Assembly: GCA_022564995.1 (NCBI GenBank)
Contig: JADFKK010000003.1
Coordinates: 3,933 to 67,932, forward strand
Source: Planctomycetota bacterium
GTDB lineage: Bacteria > Planctomycetota > Planctomycetia > Pirellulales > JADFKK01
Direction: 5' to 3'
DNA length: 64,000 nucleotides
Each line of letters opens with the position of its first letter. Position 1 is the first letter of the stretch. A model generated the notes under the pieces. That model searched no databases, was not told the DNA's origin, and was given only the letters and a program-made list of their open reading frames with translations. Shown in pieces: positions 36,131 through 47,600 of the stretch. The position numbers were made by a program, and so were the translations under genes.

Positions 36131-37039
36131 ATGCGAATGCCCGGCAGAAAAACGCGCTGGGCGATCGTCGCTGTCATTGTCCCCTTGGCCGGATGGTTGG
36201 GATCCTCGGGGGTGATGGCGTGGAAGTTCACGCATCGCTCGGGAGAAGCGGCGCCGGAGCCGCTCCCCGAGGTGGCCTGGGCCAAGTTCGAGGAACATCG
36301 CCTATCGACGAGCGACGGCGAGCAGATTGGCGCCTGGTTGATTCGTCAGGATCAGCCGCGAGGCTGTGTGTTGGTGCTACACGCCAACGGCGGCTCGCGG
36401 GGTTCGCGGCTCAACGTAGTGCGATTCATCGCCGAACTACAGTTCAATGTGCTGGCGATCACCCTGCGAGCCCATGGTGATTCGACCGGCGAATTGAACG
36501 ATTTTGGTTGGAGCGCCCGGCACGACGTCGTCGCCGCCGTGGACTTTCTCGAACAACAATTTCCCGATCAGCCGATCTTCGTGGTGGGCCGATCGCTCGG
36601 TGCTGCCGCCGCGATCTTTGCCGCCGAATCGCTGGGATCGAAAGTTGAGGGATATTTCCTCGAACAGCCTTACAAAGATCTCGATTCGGCCCTCTGGAAT
36701 CGTTTGCAAATCCGTTTACCGCCCCTCCTCGACTGGACGGCTTATCAGGGGATGCGGCTGTGGGCGCCCTGCTTTCTCCCCGTCGACATGGACGAGATTT
36801 CGCCGTTTCGCCATGCCGCGAGGATTCCCCAAGGCGCGCGGGTCGTCGTGCTGGCGGGTGATGCCGACCAGCGAGTGCGTCTCGACGAAACCACCCTGTT
36901 GTTCAGTCAAGTTGTCACCCACGGCCGGATTGTGATATTCCCCGGCGTAAAACACCGGCGGCTGATGTCGGCCGATCCGGAATTTTACAAACAGTGTCTG
37001 CGCGAGTTTTTGATTCCCCCGCCAACGGCGCTGCCCTAA
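36131..37039 (+). CDS. Alpha/beta hydrolase
   Basis: LRAHGDS, GRSLGAAA (GxSxG), GDAD, PGVKH. Confidence 0.85.
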   Translation: MRMPGRKTRWAIVAVIVPLAGWLGSSGVMAWKFTHRSGEAAPEPLPEVAWAKFEEHRLSTSDGEQIGAWLIRQDQPRGCVLVLHANGGSRGSRLNVVRFIAELQFNVLAITLRAHGDSTGELNDFGWSARHDVVAAVDFLEQQFPDQPIFVVGRSLGAAAAIFAAESLGSKVEGYFLEQPYKDLDSALWNRLQIRLPPLLDWTAYQGMRLWAPCFLPVDMDEISPFRHAARIPQGARVVVLAGDADQRVRLDETTLLFSQVVTHGRIVIFPGVKHRRLMSADPEFYKQCLREFLIPPPTALP

Positions 37040-37193
37040 TGCGACGTCCGCCTCCAAGGCGAGCCCCGAGCGTGAACTCGGGGGTAATGTACCAACGCGC
37101 GAAAACGTCGACGCCGAAGACGGAATTACCAGCGGCCTCACGGCCGCCGCTCGCCAGGGCTTGGTGAATCGCCGATGTTGTTCTTGATTCGCC

Positions 37194-37598
37194 CTATCGC
37201 GACGGCCCAATCCCGGGCGAACCCTCGATTTCTTCTGCGACGCGGTCGGCGTCGGCGGCGTTGTATTGGACGAGCCGCTGTAGGTGTTGGTAGTCGTCGA
37301 CTTCCAGAGAGGTGAATTCCACGGCCATCCCGTCGGCATCGACGCGGCAGACCTCGCCCTCGACGTCGATCAACAGCCCGCTATCGTTCGACAGCCGCAC
37401 CCGACATTTGCTGCCTGCGGGGATCAATTGGCCGCTACGGATGAAGACGCCCTTCATGCTGATGTCGGCGACGTTGGAGGAGAATTCGATCTCGTCAGAA
37501 ATCACCGTCACGACGGTCGACGGAGCGGAAATCAGGGCCGCGTCGACCCCTTCCAGCTCGACTCGGGTGAATTGGCGACGATTGGTTCCATCGGTCAT
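37194..37598 (-). CDS. PilZ-domain protein
   Basis: RRQFTR (RxxxR) and DISMKG (DxSxxG); GMAVEF. Confidence 0.85.
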   Translation of the reverse strand: MTDGTNRRQFTRVELEGVDAALISAPSTVVTVISDEIEFSSNVADISMKGVFIRSGQLIPAGSKCRVRLSNDSGLLIDVEGEVCRVDADGMAVEFTSLEVDDYQHLQRLVQYNAADADRVAEEIEGSPGIGPSR

Positions 37599-37765
37599 GA
37601 GAAAATCTCCTGGGGGACCATGTTCGCAAGTACTCCGCCGGCTCGCCCGACGAGATATACAAGCATAGGTCACGGGGCGGGGCTGGCCGCCGCGAAATTG
37701 CCCTCCAGCGGAGGGTCATATCGCCTCGGATTCGGCAGCCGGCATATTTTCCCGGCATTCTTGCC

Positions 37766-37830
37766 CGTAGCGGGATTCGCAAGAATTCCACGTCTTTCGA
37801 GTGGACTAAATCCTTGCGAATTCCGCTACG
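37766..37830. repeat. GTAG-type REP doublet
   Basis: CGTAGCGGGATTCGCAAGAATT ... AATCCTTGCGAATTCCGCTACG inverted arms. Confidence 0.7.
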
Positions 37831-37935
37831 TGCCAGCGGAACACACTCGAATCGCCCTGGCCTTGTCAATGCAGCACAACGGGGCGATAATCATGCGTAA
37901 TCGATCATGGCCCCTCACCAGAAGGAAGCGAAATC

Positions 37936-38523
37936 ATGACCCATCTCAAGCAATACGCCGTGGCGCTATCCGTCCTGGCCCTCGTCGCGACGAGCGCGCC
38001 CCAACTGCTCGCGGCCGACAAAGACGAAAAAAAGAAGCTGCCCCAGATCGAACTGAAAACCAGCAAGGGCACCGTGGTGATAGAACTCTACGAGGACGAA
38101 GCGCCCAACACGGTGGCCAATTTCGTCAGCCTGGTCGAAGCCAAATTTTACGACGGGCTGACCTTTCACCGCGTCATCGATCGCTTCATGGCTCAAGGCG
38201 GCTGCCCCAAGGGCGACGGCACCGGCGGCCCGGGCTACAAAATCGAGTGTGAGTGTTACCGCAAGGATCACCGCAAGCACGAGCGCGGCGTGATCAGCAT
38301 GGCCCATGCCGGCCGCGACACGGGCGGATCGCAATTCTTCATCAATCTCGCCAGGACACCGCATCTCGATGGCAAGCACACCGTCTTTGGCCACGTCATC
38401 AAAGGCATGGACGCCATCGACAAGCTGAACCGCAGCGGCCGAGGACTAGCCGCCGACAAGATCATCACGGCCAAGGTCTTAAACAAGCGCGACCACAAGT
38501 ATGTACCGGTGAAGGTTAAGTGA
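37936..38523 (+). CDS. Exported cyclophilin-type peptidyl-prolyl isomerase
   Basis: [51 protein letters not shown]; signal peptide. Confidence 0.95.
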   Translation: MTHLKQYAVALSVLALVATSAPQLLAADKDEKKKLPQIELKTSKGTVVIELYEDEAPNTVANFVSLVEAKFYDGLTFHRVIDRFMAQGGCPKGDGTGGPGYKIECECYRKDHRKHERGVISMAHAGRDTGGSQFFINLARTPHLDGKHTVFGHVIKGMDAIDKLNRSGRGLAADKIITAKVLNKRDHKYVPVKVK

Positions 38524-38563
38524 CAGATAGTCGAACGCGTTCGTCGTTGTCCTTGTCTCGCCT

Positions 38564-38857
38564 TCAATTACCGAGGAGTTGTTGCGCCCCGCCCAGCAAA
38601 CATAGCACGCCCATGCCGCGGACATACCAAGTCGGCTGCTGCCACCACTGCTGGCGCGTCCAGCCGTAGCGACCGCTCCAGTCGGCCACCTCATCGGCGG
38701 CGACGACGCTGACGAACCCAAACGCCGCGATGGCGATCGGCCCTAGTCGGGCTTCCCACTCGGCCAGCGCCACGTAACGCCACACGCACGCCGCGAAAAT
38801 GGCCGTGGCCAGTAAATGCCACCAATAGTAGCGCAGAAATTGCTTGAATAGGTCCAT
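38564..38857 (-). CDS. Small hypothetical membrane protein
   Basis: Three hydrophobic segments; fills the gap after pyrK. Confidence 0.5.
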   Translation of the reverse strand: MDLFKQFLRYYWWHLLATAIFAACVWRYVALAEWEARLGPIAIAAFGFVSVVAADEVADWSGRYGWTRQQWWQQPTWYVRGMGVLCLLGGAQQLLGN

Positions 38858-38916
38858 CGTCTGGCTCCAGAAACGCAGCGATGCGTCCAACCGAGTGTTC
38901 GCGTCGATCCGGCAAC

Positions 38917-39828
38917 TCACCACACGATCTGCGCGGCGTCGAATACCGGCCCATCGACGCAGGTCCGCTTGTAATCCCATGTGTCGCCTTCGGTGCGAAC
39001 TTTGGTGACGCAGCTAAAGCAGATCCCGATACCGCAGGCCATTGGCGTCTCCAGCGACACCTGGCACGGAACGCCCGCGCTGTGGGCGATCTTGCCGACT
39101 GCCTCCATCATCGGTTCGGGGCCGCAGCAGACGATTCGTCGGTCGCCGGATGTTGCCCCGAGCACTGCATCCAGCAAGTCGGTCACCAATCCGTGACGGC
39201 CGGCCGAGCCGTCGTCGGTGCTCACCAGCACGTCGACACCCGCGGCGGCGAAGTCGTCCAGCCCGGCCAGATACTCCTTCGATCGGGCGCCGTAACAGAG
39301 CGTCACTTTTTGGCAGCGCGGCACGTTTCGTTGTGGCTGTCCGTAACGACGGCCGCCGAGATGCTCGCGGCCCAACGCCACGAAAGGCGTCTGCCCAATG
39401 CCGCCGGCGACCATGATTAAGTGTTCCGTCTGCTGCGGCGAGAAGCCATTGCCGAGCGGCCCCCAAAGTTCCACTTCATCGCCCGCGCGAAACTTGGCCA
39501 AGTGACCGGTCAACTTGCCGACCACCAGATAAACCAAGTCGATGCCGACCGGCCGGCCGCTATTGTCGGTCACAGCGTCTGTCACAGCGTCGGTCACCGT
39601 GTCGTACAGCGCCAGCGGGCGGCCCAGCAGCGGATCGTCCCAGCCGGCCAGCCGCAGCATGACGAACTGGCCCGGCGTGATTCGCTCGGCAATTTCCGGG
39701 CATTCCAACCGCAAGCGAAACGTTTCGCGGGCGACCGGCACGTTTTCGACGACGCTGACGGTCTGCTGCACGGCGCGATCCGCGTAGCAGGCGGCGTGTA
39801 AGGGGGAAACATGCAGGGGGTTGGTCAT
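38917..39828 (-). CDS. pyrK: Dihydroorotate dehydrogenase electron-transfer subunit
   Basis: PGQFVM, GPLGNGF, AGGIGQTP, CGPEPMM, MACGIGICFSC...CVDGPVF. Confidence 0.9.
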   Translation of the reverse strand: MTNPLHVSPLHAACYADRAVQQTVSVVENVPVARETFRLRLECPEIAERITPGQFVMLRLAGWDDPLLGRPLALYDTVTDAVTDAVTDNSGRPVGIDLVYLVVGKLTGHLAKFRAGDEVELWGPLGNGFSPQQTEHLIMVAGGIGQTPFVALGREHLGGRRYGQPQRNVPRCQKVTLCYGARSKEYLAGLDDFAAAGVDVLVSTDDGSAGRHGLVTDLLDAVLGATSGDRRIVCCGPEPMMEAVGKIAHSAGVPCQVSLETPMACGIGICFSCVTKVRTEGDTWDYKRTCVDGPVFDAAQIVW

Positions 39829-40787
39829 CGGCGACGGCGTCCTGTGCCGGTCGGCTTGCTGGTCGAGGTTTTCCTCGCCGGGCTCTTCGTCGCCGGAGGA
39901 TTCCTCGCGGTGGTGATTTTCTTACGGGGCTGTCGCACCTGCGTAGGCGGCTGCTCTTCGGCGGCCTGCATCAATGCCCGCACTTCGTCGCGTTTTAGGC
40001 GGCGGCTTTCGCCGGGCAGCAGCTTGCCGAGCCGCAAGGGGCCGATCGCCACGCGGCGGAGCTTCATCACCTTGTGTTCCAGCCGGGCCAGCAAGCGGCG
40101 AATTTCTCGATTGCGGCCCTCGTCCAACACAATCTCCAGCAGCGTGCTCTGTTTGTGTCGGCTCGTAATCCGCACCCGCACCGGCCGCACCTTGGCCTCG
40201 GCCAGATACATTCCCCGCCGCATTTTCACCAAGTCACCTTGCCCCATCAACCCGGCGACCTGCACTTGATAGGTCTTCTCGATGCCGTAACGCGGATGGG
40301 TAAGCAGGTTGGCCAACTCGCCGTCGTTGGTGACCAGGATCAGCCCTTCGCTTGACGCGTCGAGCCGGCCGACGGGAAACAGATGCGAATGCTCGGCGTC
40401 GATCAGATCGATCACCCGCGTTCGTCCGCCGGGATCGCGATTGGTCGAGACCACGCCGGGTGGCTTGTTGAGCATGTAATAAACGGGCCGCACGTCGGGA
40501 AGCGGCGAGCCATCGACGCGAATCTCCTGCTGCGTGGGATCAACCCGCGTGCCCAGCTTGGTGACCGCCTTGCCGTCAACCTCGACCCGCCCAGCAAGGA
40601 TCAACGCCTCGCACTGCCGGCGGCTATCGATCCCCGCCGCGGCGAGCACCTTTTGCAGCCGTTCGCCGGTGGTGGTGGTCGTGCTGGTTGAGCGGTGGGC
40701 CGCCGGGCGTTTGGTAGGGCGCTTCGTCGGACGTTTAGCGGGGCCTTTGACGGAACGGCGGCGGCGGGTGGACGTGGGAGTGGACAT
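39825..40787 (-). CDS. rluB: RluB/RsuA-family 23S rRNA pseudouridine synthase
   Basis: RLQKVLA..G..SRR S4 domain, NKPPG, PVGRLD, HPRYGIEKTY, EGRNREIRR. Confidence 0.88.
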   Translation of the reverse strand: MSTPTSTRRRRSVKGPAKRPTKRPTKRPAAHRSTSTTTTTGERLQKVLAAAGIDSRRQCEALILAGRVEVDGKAVTKLGTRVDPTQQEIRVDGSPLPDVRPVYYMLNKPPGVVSTNRDPGGRTRVIDLIDAEHSHLFPVGRLDASSEGLILVTNDGELANLLTHPRYGIEKTYQVQVAGLMGQGDLVKMRRGMYLAEAKVRPVRVRITSRHKQSTLLEIVLDEGRNREIRRLLARLEHKVMKLRRVAIGPLRLGKLLPGESRRLKRDEVRALMQAAEEQPPTQVRQPRKKITTARNPPATKSPARKTSTSKPTGTGRRRR

Positions 40788-40883
40788 GACAAACCGGGGC
40801 AAGAAAGGGCGGCGAAGGAATCGCGAACTCCCCATTCTATCAGCTAGCGGCCCGCAGCGGCAGGTGTGGCTGGAATTTGGGAT

Positions 40884-40962
40884 TTGTAAAGCCGCGACCA
40901 GTGGTCGCGCCCGTCGCTTTGCGACGGAAAAAAGGACGCGACCACTGGTCGCGGCTTTACAA
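40884..40962. repeat. Palindromic REP doublet; a half copy lies at ~24708-24737
   Basis: TTGTAAAGCCGCGACCAGTGGTCGCG ... CGCGACCACTGGTCGCGGCTTTACAA. Confidence 0.8.
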
Positions 40963-40971
40963 GCGTGATTG

Positions 40972-41667
40972 TTACATTCCCCGCAACTCCCCGATCATCT
41001 CCTCGGTCGTCCTCAATCTCGCAAACTTGTGCTCCCAGATATCGAAGCACGCCTGCTGACGCTCGGGCCACAACGTCGCCACGCCGTCGGTCACGGCGGT
41101 CACCCGATAATCGCGGGCGGAGGCCGACATGAGCGTGGCATTCACGCAAACGTCGGTCACGATTCCGGTGATCATCAGATGGCGAATGTCCTGGCTGCGC
41201 AGCGCCAAATCGAGCGGCGTGCCGTAGAACTTGTCGTAAGTATGTCCCCGCACGATCAACTCATCGGGCCGCGGGGCCAGCGCCTCGACGGTGTCGGCCG
41301 ATTCGGCCCCCTGCTCGTAATGTGGCGAGACCAAGCAGTTATTCGACGGCGCGCCCAAGCCGGTCGAGCGGCCCTCTTTCACCGGCAGGTGCTCGATCCC
41401 AAACGGATCGCCCCGCAGACACGGCACGTCGGTTGCATACACGAACTCGGTGAACACCACCGGCACGTTCGATTCGCGGCAGGCACCGATCAGCCGCTGT
41501 AAGTTGGGGATGATCTCGCGGCCCTCGGGAACCGCCAGCGAGGCCCCTTCGTCGAGAAAGCCGTGCTGCATGTCGACGACCAACAGAGCCGTGCGGCCGG
41601 GTTGCAGACGGTGGGTTTCGTCGACACGTTGGGCCTTCGCCCGTAGGATTTCTTCGCTGTTGGGCAT
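40972..41667 (-). CDS. Isochorismatase-family cysteine hydrolase
   Basis: ALLVVDMQ, GIVTDVCVNAT (catalytic Cys), D.VAT. Confidence 0.88.
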   Translation of the reverse strand: MPNSEEILRAKAQRVDETHRLQPGRTALLVVDMQHGFLDEGASLAVPEGREIIPNLQRLIGACRESNVPVVFTEFVYATDVPCLRGDPFGIEHLPVKEGRSTGLGAPSNNCLVSPHYEQGAESADTVEALAPRPDELIVRGHTYDKFYGTPLDLALRSQDIRHLMITGIVTDVCVNATLMSASARDYRVTAVTDGVATLWPERQQACFDIWEHKFARLRTTEEMIGELRGM

Positions 41668-41935
41668 GATTCGTCCCCTTTAATTGGGCGCGGTAGTAAC
41701 GCATAATTGGGAGGCACGGCGCTAGCCGCCGGTAAGGTTACGTTTTCCCGCACAAAACCCGCGGCTAGCTCACCGAGGGCTAGCGCCCAATCGCTCACTC
41801 GTTTTTTGTCGCAAATGCGGCGGCAGATGATCGAACGGTCCTAACGAGTGTCGTCGTTGGGGTAGAGATTCGCAACCCAACCCCTGGCTTCCGCCAGGGG
41901 CTATTTCCGTTTGGAGTGGTGATTCGTCCTTTAGT

Positions 41936-43708
41936 ATGCCCCTCATCGTTCAAAAATTTGGCGGTACGAGTGTGGCCGACAGCGAGAAAATTCTCGCGGC
42001 GGCTCGCAAGGCGGTCCGCGCGCATCTGGCGGGTAATCAGGTGGTGATGGTCGTCAGCGCGATGGGCAAGAACACCGACATGCTGGTCTCCTTGGCCGCC
42101 GAAATCAGCGAAAACCCGCCGGCCCGCGAGATGGACATGCTGCTCTCGACCGGCGAGCAGGTGAGCGTGGCCCTGATGGCGATGGCGATCGTATCGCTAG
42201 GGCACAAGGCGGTCAGCCTGACTGGCGGGCAGATCGGCATCAAGACCGACAGCTCGCACACCAAGGCCCGCATTCAGTCGATTTCGTCCGAGCGGATGCA
42301 GCGGCTGCTGGACGCAGGCAACATCGTCATCGCCGCCGGCTTTCAGGGCATCGACGAAGACCTGAACATCACCACGCTGGGCCGCGGCGGCAGCGACACC
42401 ACGGCGGTCGCGTTGGCGGCGGTCCTGGGGGCCGATGCCTGCGAGATCTACACCGACGTTGACGGCGTTTACACGACCGACCCCCGCGTGTTGCCCGAGG
42501 CCCGTCGCACTTCGCAGGTGGCCTACGACGAAATGCTCGAACTGGCCAGCCTGGGCTCAGGCGTGATGCACAGCCGGTCGATCGAATTCGCCAAGAAATT
42601 TGGCGTGCCGATCCACGTTCGCAGCAGCTTCAGCGATATCCCCGGCACGATGATCGTCGATCAGCCCGAGTCGCTCAACCGCGCGGTCAGCGGCGCGGCG
42701 GTGACCAAGAACGAAGCCCGGGTCACGATCATCGGCGTATCAGATCGGCCGGGCAGCAGCATGGAAGTGTTTTCCCGCATCGCCAGTGAGAACATCACGG
42801 TCGACATGATCGTGCAGAACATCGGCGACGAGGGGCTGGCCGACATTTCGTTCACCGTGCTGAAAGAAGACTTGCCGACAACGCTGGACGCGGTGGCCGA
42901 GACCGTCGAGAAGATCGGCGCCAAGGGATTCAACTTCGACGATCGCGTGGCGAAAATTTCCGTCGTCGGCCTCGGCATGGCCCATCAAACGGGCGTGGCC
43001 CATCGCATGTTCCGCGCCCTGGCCGATGCCCGCATCAACATCCTGATGATTACCACCAGCGAGATCAAAATCTCGGTGCTGGTGACGCACGCCCAGATGC
43101 AGGAGGCGCTGCGGATCGTCCACAGCGTCTTCGAGTTGGATAGCGATCCGGCCAATGACGTGCCGACGCCAAGTCCGCCAGCCGATCGTACGCCCGACGC
43201 ACTCGACGTGGTGGCCCGATTGCAAGGCATGGAAGACCTGACCATCGACGACATTTCGCTCGACGAGTCGCAAGCCCGGGTGTCGATCAACGACGTGCCG
43301 GACACGCCGGGCGTGGCGGCGCACGTGTTCGAGGAGGTGGCTGAAGCAGGAGTGATGGTCGACATGATCGTACAGAGCTTCGGCCACGACGGCATGGCCG
43401 ACATGAGTTTTACGATCCCCAAGGGCGACCTCGACCGCTGTGTCGAAGTGGCCACGCGGCTTGCCGAAGAACTGAACTGCGGCCGAGTGACCAACAGCCC
43501 GCAAATCGCCAAACTGTCGGTCTCCGGTATCGGCATGCGCAGCCACACCGACGTCGCCACCCGCATGTTCGAGGCGCTGGCCGCCGCGGGCATCAACGTC
43601 GAGATGGTCAACACGAGCGAGGTGCGGGTGAATGTGGTCGTTGACGGAGCGCAGGGCGAAGCGGCGCTGCGAGCGTTGAACGATGCGTTCGCGGACACGC
43701 TACGGTGA
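41936..43708 (+). CDS. lysC: Aspartate kinase with four ACT domains
   Basis: VQKFGGTSV, VVSAMG, TTLGRGGSD, YTDVDG; duplicated ACT pairs (ITTSEIK; VNTSEVR). Confidence 0.96.
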   Translation: MPLIVQKFGGTSVADSEKILAAARKAVRAHLAGNQVVMVVSAMGKNTDMLVSLAAEISENPPAREMDMLLSTGEQVSVALMAMAIVSLGHKAVSLTGGQIGIKTDSSHTKARIQSISSERMQRLLDAGNIVIAAGFQGIDEDLNITTLGRGGSDTTAVALAAVLGADACEIYTDVDGVYTTDPRVLPEARRTSQVAYDEMLELASLGSGVMHSRSIEFAKKFGVPIHVRSSFSDIPGTMIVDQPESLNRAVSGAAVTKNEARVTIIGVSDRPGSSMEVFSRIASENITVDMIVQNIGDEGLADISFTVLKEDLPTTLDAVAETVEKIGAKGFNFDDRVAKISVVGLGMAHQTGVAHRMFRALADARINILMITTSEIKISVLVTHAQMQEALRIVHSVFELDSDPANDVPTPSPPADRTPDALDVVARLQGMEDLTIDDISLDESQARVSINDVPDTPGVAAHVFEEVAEAGVMVDMIVQSFGHDGMADMSFTIPKGDLDRCVEVATRLAEELNCGRVTNSPQIAKLSVSGIGMRSHTDVATRMFEALAAAGINVEMVNTSEVRVNVVVDGAQGEAALRALNDAFADTLR

Positions 43709-43739
43709 ACGCGCGGTGGCCGCAATCATCGGCACATCG

Positions 43740-43836
43740 TCCTCGCACTCCTCCGCGTACTCGTACTCGAATGCCGGCGTCGACGGTCAATAGCCAAATT
43801 TCGAGTACGAGTACGAGGAGGAGTACGAGTACGAGT
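43740..43836. repeat. CGTACT/AGTACG hexamer-repeat hairpin between convergent genes
   Basis: CGTACTCGTACTCGA ... TCGAGTACGAGTACG(AGGAGG)AGTACGAGTACGAG. Confidence 0.65.
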
Positions 43837-43858
43837 GATTGTCGGTGCCAACCAGGGC

Positions 43859-44263
43859 CTATTCTCCCAGCGCATCCGTCAACACCTCTTCCGCCACATA
43901 AATCGGCAGTGGCGGATCGCAGGTGACGGCCACGGCGATGGCGTCCGACGGCCGGGCGTCGATCTCGAGGAGTTCGCCTTCGTGGCGGATGCGCAGCTTG
44001 GCGAAATACGTGCGGTCGCGTAGCTCGCTGATCACCACGTCTTGCAACTCGCCGCCCATCTCTTCGACCGTGTTGACCAACAGATCGTGCGTCAGCGGGC
44101 GGGGCGTGGGGAAATCCTTCACGCGGCGGTCGATGCTGGTGGCCTCGAAGATGCCGATCAGAATCGGAAACGTGCGGTCACCGTCCACCTCCCGCAGATA
44201 GATCACCTGCGAGTCGTTCACCTCGCTGATCACAATCCGCGATAATTCCATCTGAACCGGCAT
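43859..44263 (-). CDS. Bifunctional nuclease family (DUF151)
   Basis: FPILIGIFEA, RPLTHDL, DARPSDAIA. Confidence 0.9.
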   Translation of the reverse strand: MPVQMELSRIVISEVNDSQVIYLREVDGDRTFPILIGIFEATSIDRRVKDFPTPRPLTHDLLVNTVEEMGGELQDVVISELRDRTYFAKLRIRHEGELLEIDARPSDAIAVAVTCDPPLPIYVAEEVLTDALGE

Positions 44264-44384
44264 GACGAGATCCTTTCGGCGACGAAGCGAGGGCAAAATT
44301 TGATTATACGCCGCGTCGCGTGGCGGTGGTAGTGACGGCCGGCGAGTCGGCCGTTCGTCGACCAGCTTCCGCCGAACGATTCCG

Positions 44385-44603
44385 GCGAGCGGCGACCGTT
44401 AGGTCGCCGGTATTGCGGCGCTCGGTCTCGGGCGTATCACTTCTTGGTGTATTACCCCCGGGCTAACGCCCGCGGCTCGCCTGTAGGAGGCGTCTCCGAC
44501 GGCGATCCGAAATTGTAGGAGGCGACTCCCGTCGCCGAATGTAGGAGTCACCGATGGCACGCCAAGTTGCAGCGCGGATCGCCGACAGGAGTCGCCTCCT
44601 ACA
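44385..44603. repeat. GTAG-REP cluster
   Basis: TGTAGGAGGCG(T/A)CTCC-type units at 44482 and 44514, and an inverted unit at 44578-44603. The same family occurs at ~17851 and 47678. Confidence 0.8.
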
Positions 44604-47600
44604 ATTGCTTGCGCAGCTCCACTAGCGACGCTTCGAGCGATACCAGCCGGGTCTTTAGCTCTTCCAGCGAATCGCGTTCGCGCTCGACGATTTCCGCGGG
44701 TGCTCGGCCGACGAAGCTCTCGTTCGATAGCTTCTTCTCTTTGCCGGCGATGAATCCCCGCACCTGGGTCCGTTCTTTTTCGTTCTTTTCGATCTCGGAC
44801 GCCACGTCCATGTGTTCGGCCAAGTCGACAAACGCCTCGGCCGTACTTGTGGTGAAGGCGGCCGACGTCGACTCACCAGAAACCTCCGCGCCCCATTCGG
44901 TCGCTTCGGCGCCGGCCATCGAGGCGAAATACGGGGCCATCGGTTTGAGCAATGCCGCCGTCTCCTCGTCGCAGCGGACCGCGAAGTGCATCGTGGTCTT
45001 CGGTGGGATGTTCTGCCGACTGCGGATCTCGCGCAGACCCTTGAGCAGCTCCTGAAAGCGGGCGAAGCGGGCTTCAATCTCGGCGTCGTGCCAGGCCGGG
45101 TCGATCTCGGGCCAGGGCGCGATCATGACGCTGTCGGCCGCCGCCTGCGGTTCTGGCAGCCCTCGCTGTGGCGCCGCCTTGCCCAACAGATGCCAAACCT
45201 CTTCGGTGATGAACGGGATCATCGGATGCAGCAGCCGCAGCAGCGCGTCGAGTGCGTAGGCCAACACGCGCTGGGCCAGCGCCTTGGTCTCGTCGTCTTG
45301 CAGCCGGCCTTTGACCATCTCGATGTAGAAGCTGCAAAACTCGTCCCAGGCGAAATCGTACAACGTGCGGGCCGCCTCGGCGAATTTGAACGCTTCGAGC
45401 GCCTCGCTGACCTGCCGGCTGACGGTGGCCAGCCGGCTCAAAATCCAGCGATCCTCGACGAGCAATTCGTCGGCGTCGATTGCGCCCGACGTGTAACCTT
45501 CCAGATTCATCAGCGCGAACCGCGAGGCGTTCCAGAGCTTGTTGCAGAAGTTGCGACCCAACTCGAACCGCTCGCTGACCACGGCCCCGCGAGGCAGCTT
45601 GGCGTCTTCGCTGTCAGCTTCGGCCCATTGGGTCGAGAATTCACCGCCGCACTTTTTGCAGCCGATGCGCGGCAAGACGCGGTTTTTCTTCGTCTGCGGA
45701 ATCTGCGCCTGACAGTGTGGGCATTCAAACTCGACCGGTATCCGCACGTCCTGCGCCTCGGTCGTCATGTAGGCCAGCCCGAACCGCAGCGCATCGGTGC
45801 CGAATTTTTCGATCACGTCCAGCGGGTCGACGCCGTTGCCCTTCGATTTGGACATCGTCTCGCCGTAGCCGTCGAGAATTTTCGGGTGAATGTAAACGTC
45901 GCGAAACGGCACCTCGCCGCAGTTATACAGCCCAGTCAAAACCATCCGCGCGACCCACAGCGTGATGATGTCGCGGCTGGTAATCAGCGTGCTGGTCGGG
46001 TAGTAGTAGGCAAGCTCCGACGTTTCCTCCGGCCAGCCGAGAGTGGAGTGCGGCCACAGGGCGCTGGAGAACCAAGTGTCGAGGACGTCCGGGTCGCGCT
46101 CGATCGTGTGACCGGGGATCGCGTCATCGGTTAAGTCTTCTTCTTGGGCGCAGATGAGCCACTGATCGTGCTCTTCGTCTCTTCGCCAAGCAACATCCTT
46201 GCGCCCGGCGAAGGCTGCCTTCAGTTCATCCTCAGAGACATTCGGCGCGTACCAAATTGGAATCTGATGTCCCCACCACAGATTTCGGCTGATGCACCAA
46301 TCTCGCTTTTCGCTGAGCCAATCGTGATACCCCTTGGCGTATCGCTGCGGGGTGATCTTGACCCGACCGTCGCTGACCGCGTCCATGGCCGATTGGGCCA
46401 GCTCGTCCATCTTGACGAACCATTGATCGGCCAGATACGGCTCGATGGGCGTCTTGGAACGGTCGGAGTGGGCAATTTCGATCTCGCGGTCTTCGATCTG
46501 CTCCAACAGGCCGAGCTCTTCCAGATCGGCGACGACGTTCTTGCGGGCCTCGCTCATCGCCTGCCCCTCGTACTTGCCGGCGTGTTCGTTGAGCGTGCCG
46601 TCGGGGTTAAGAATGTTGACGTCGCCGATTTCCGGGTGACGCCTGCCGACCTCGTAATCGTTGGGGTCGTGGGCCGGCGTGATTTTGACGCAGCCGCTGC
46701 CGAGTTCCGGCTTGGCCCACTCGTCGACGATCAGCGGAATCGGCCGATCGACCAGCGGCAGCATGACCTGGCGTCCGTCGAGCGCCATGTCGCGCAGTTG
46801 TTCGAGGCCCGAGAGCATCGTCTCTCGCTGCTCGGCCAACGCGGCAATCTGCGATTCGACGTCGGCCTTGTCCTTGTCGGCCGCCGCGGCCAGCTTTTCC
46901 TGTAATTCGGTCGCAACCTTGTCAAACGCTCTGCCCGGATCGGGATGAACCGCGACGGCCGTGTCGCCGAGCATTGTTTCAGGCCGGGTCGTGGCGATCG
47001 TGACCTTCTCCGGCTCGCCCGGCTTGGGGTCGATGACCTTATAGCTGAAGTGCCAGAAATGTCCCTCGACCGTTTCGTGAAACACCTCGTCGTCGCTGAC
47101 GGCCGTTTGCAGGAAGGTGTCCCAATTGACCAGCCGCTTGCCGCGGAAAATTTTCCCGTCGGCGAACATGCGGAAAAACGTGTGGCGGACCGCCCGGGCG
47201 CAGGTCTCGTCGAGCGTAAAGCGGAGCCGCTGCCAGTCACAGCTACAGCCCATTTGCTTGAGCTGCCCGATGATTCGCTCTTGATACGATTCCTTCCACT
47301 GCCAGATTCGTTCGACCAGCGCCTCGCGGCCCACGTCGTGGCGGGTTTTGCCCTCTTCTTCCAGCATCCGCCGCTCGACGACCGCTTGGGTGGCGATGCC
47401 GGCATGATCGGTGCCGGGCATCCACAGCGTCTCGAACCCCTGCATCCGCTTCATGCGGATCATAATGTCTTGCAGCGTGCCGTTGAGCGCGTGGCCCAGA
47501 TGCAGCGCCCCGGTGACGTTCGGCGGCGGGATGACGATCGTGTACGGCTGCCGGTCGGGGTTCGGCTCGCTATGGAAATAGCCCTGCGATTGCCAATGGG

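Noticed and set aside
41700-41935. Lysine riboswitch upstream of lysC
   Set aside because: Only REP-like hairpins are visible and no riboswitch consensus could be recognised by eye. An Rfam scan would settle it.
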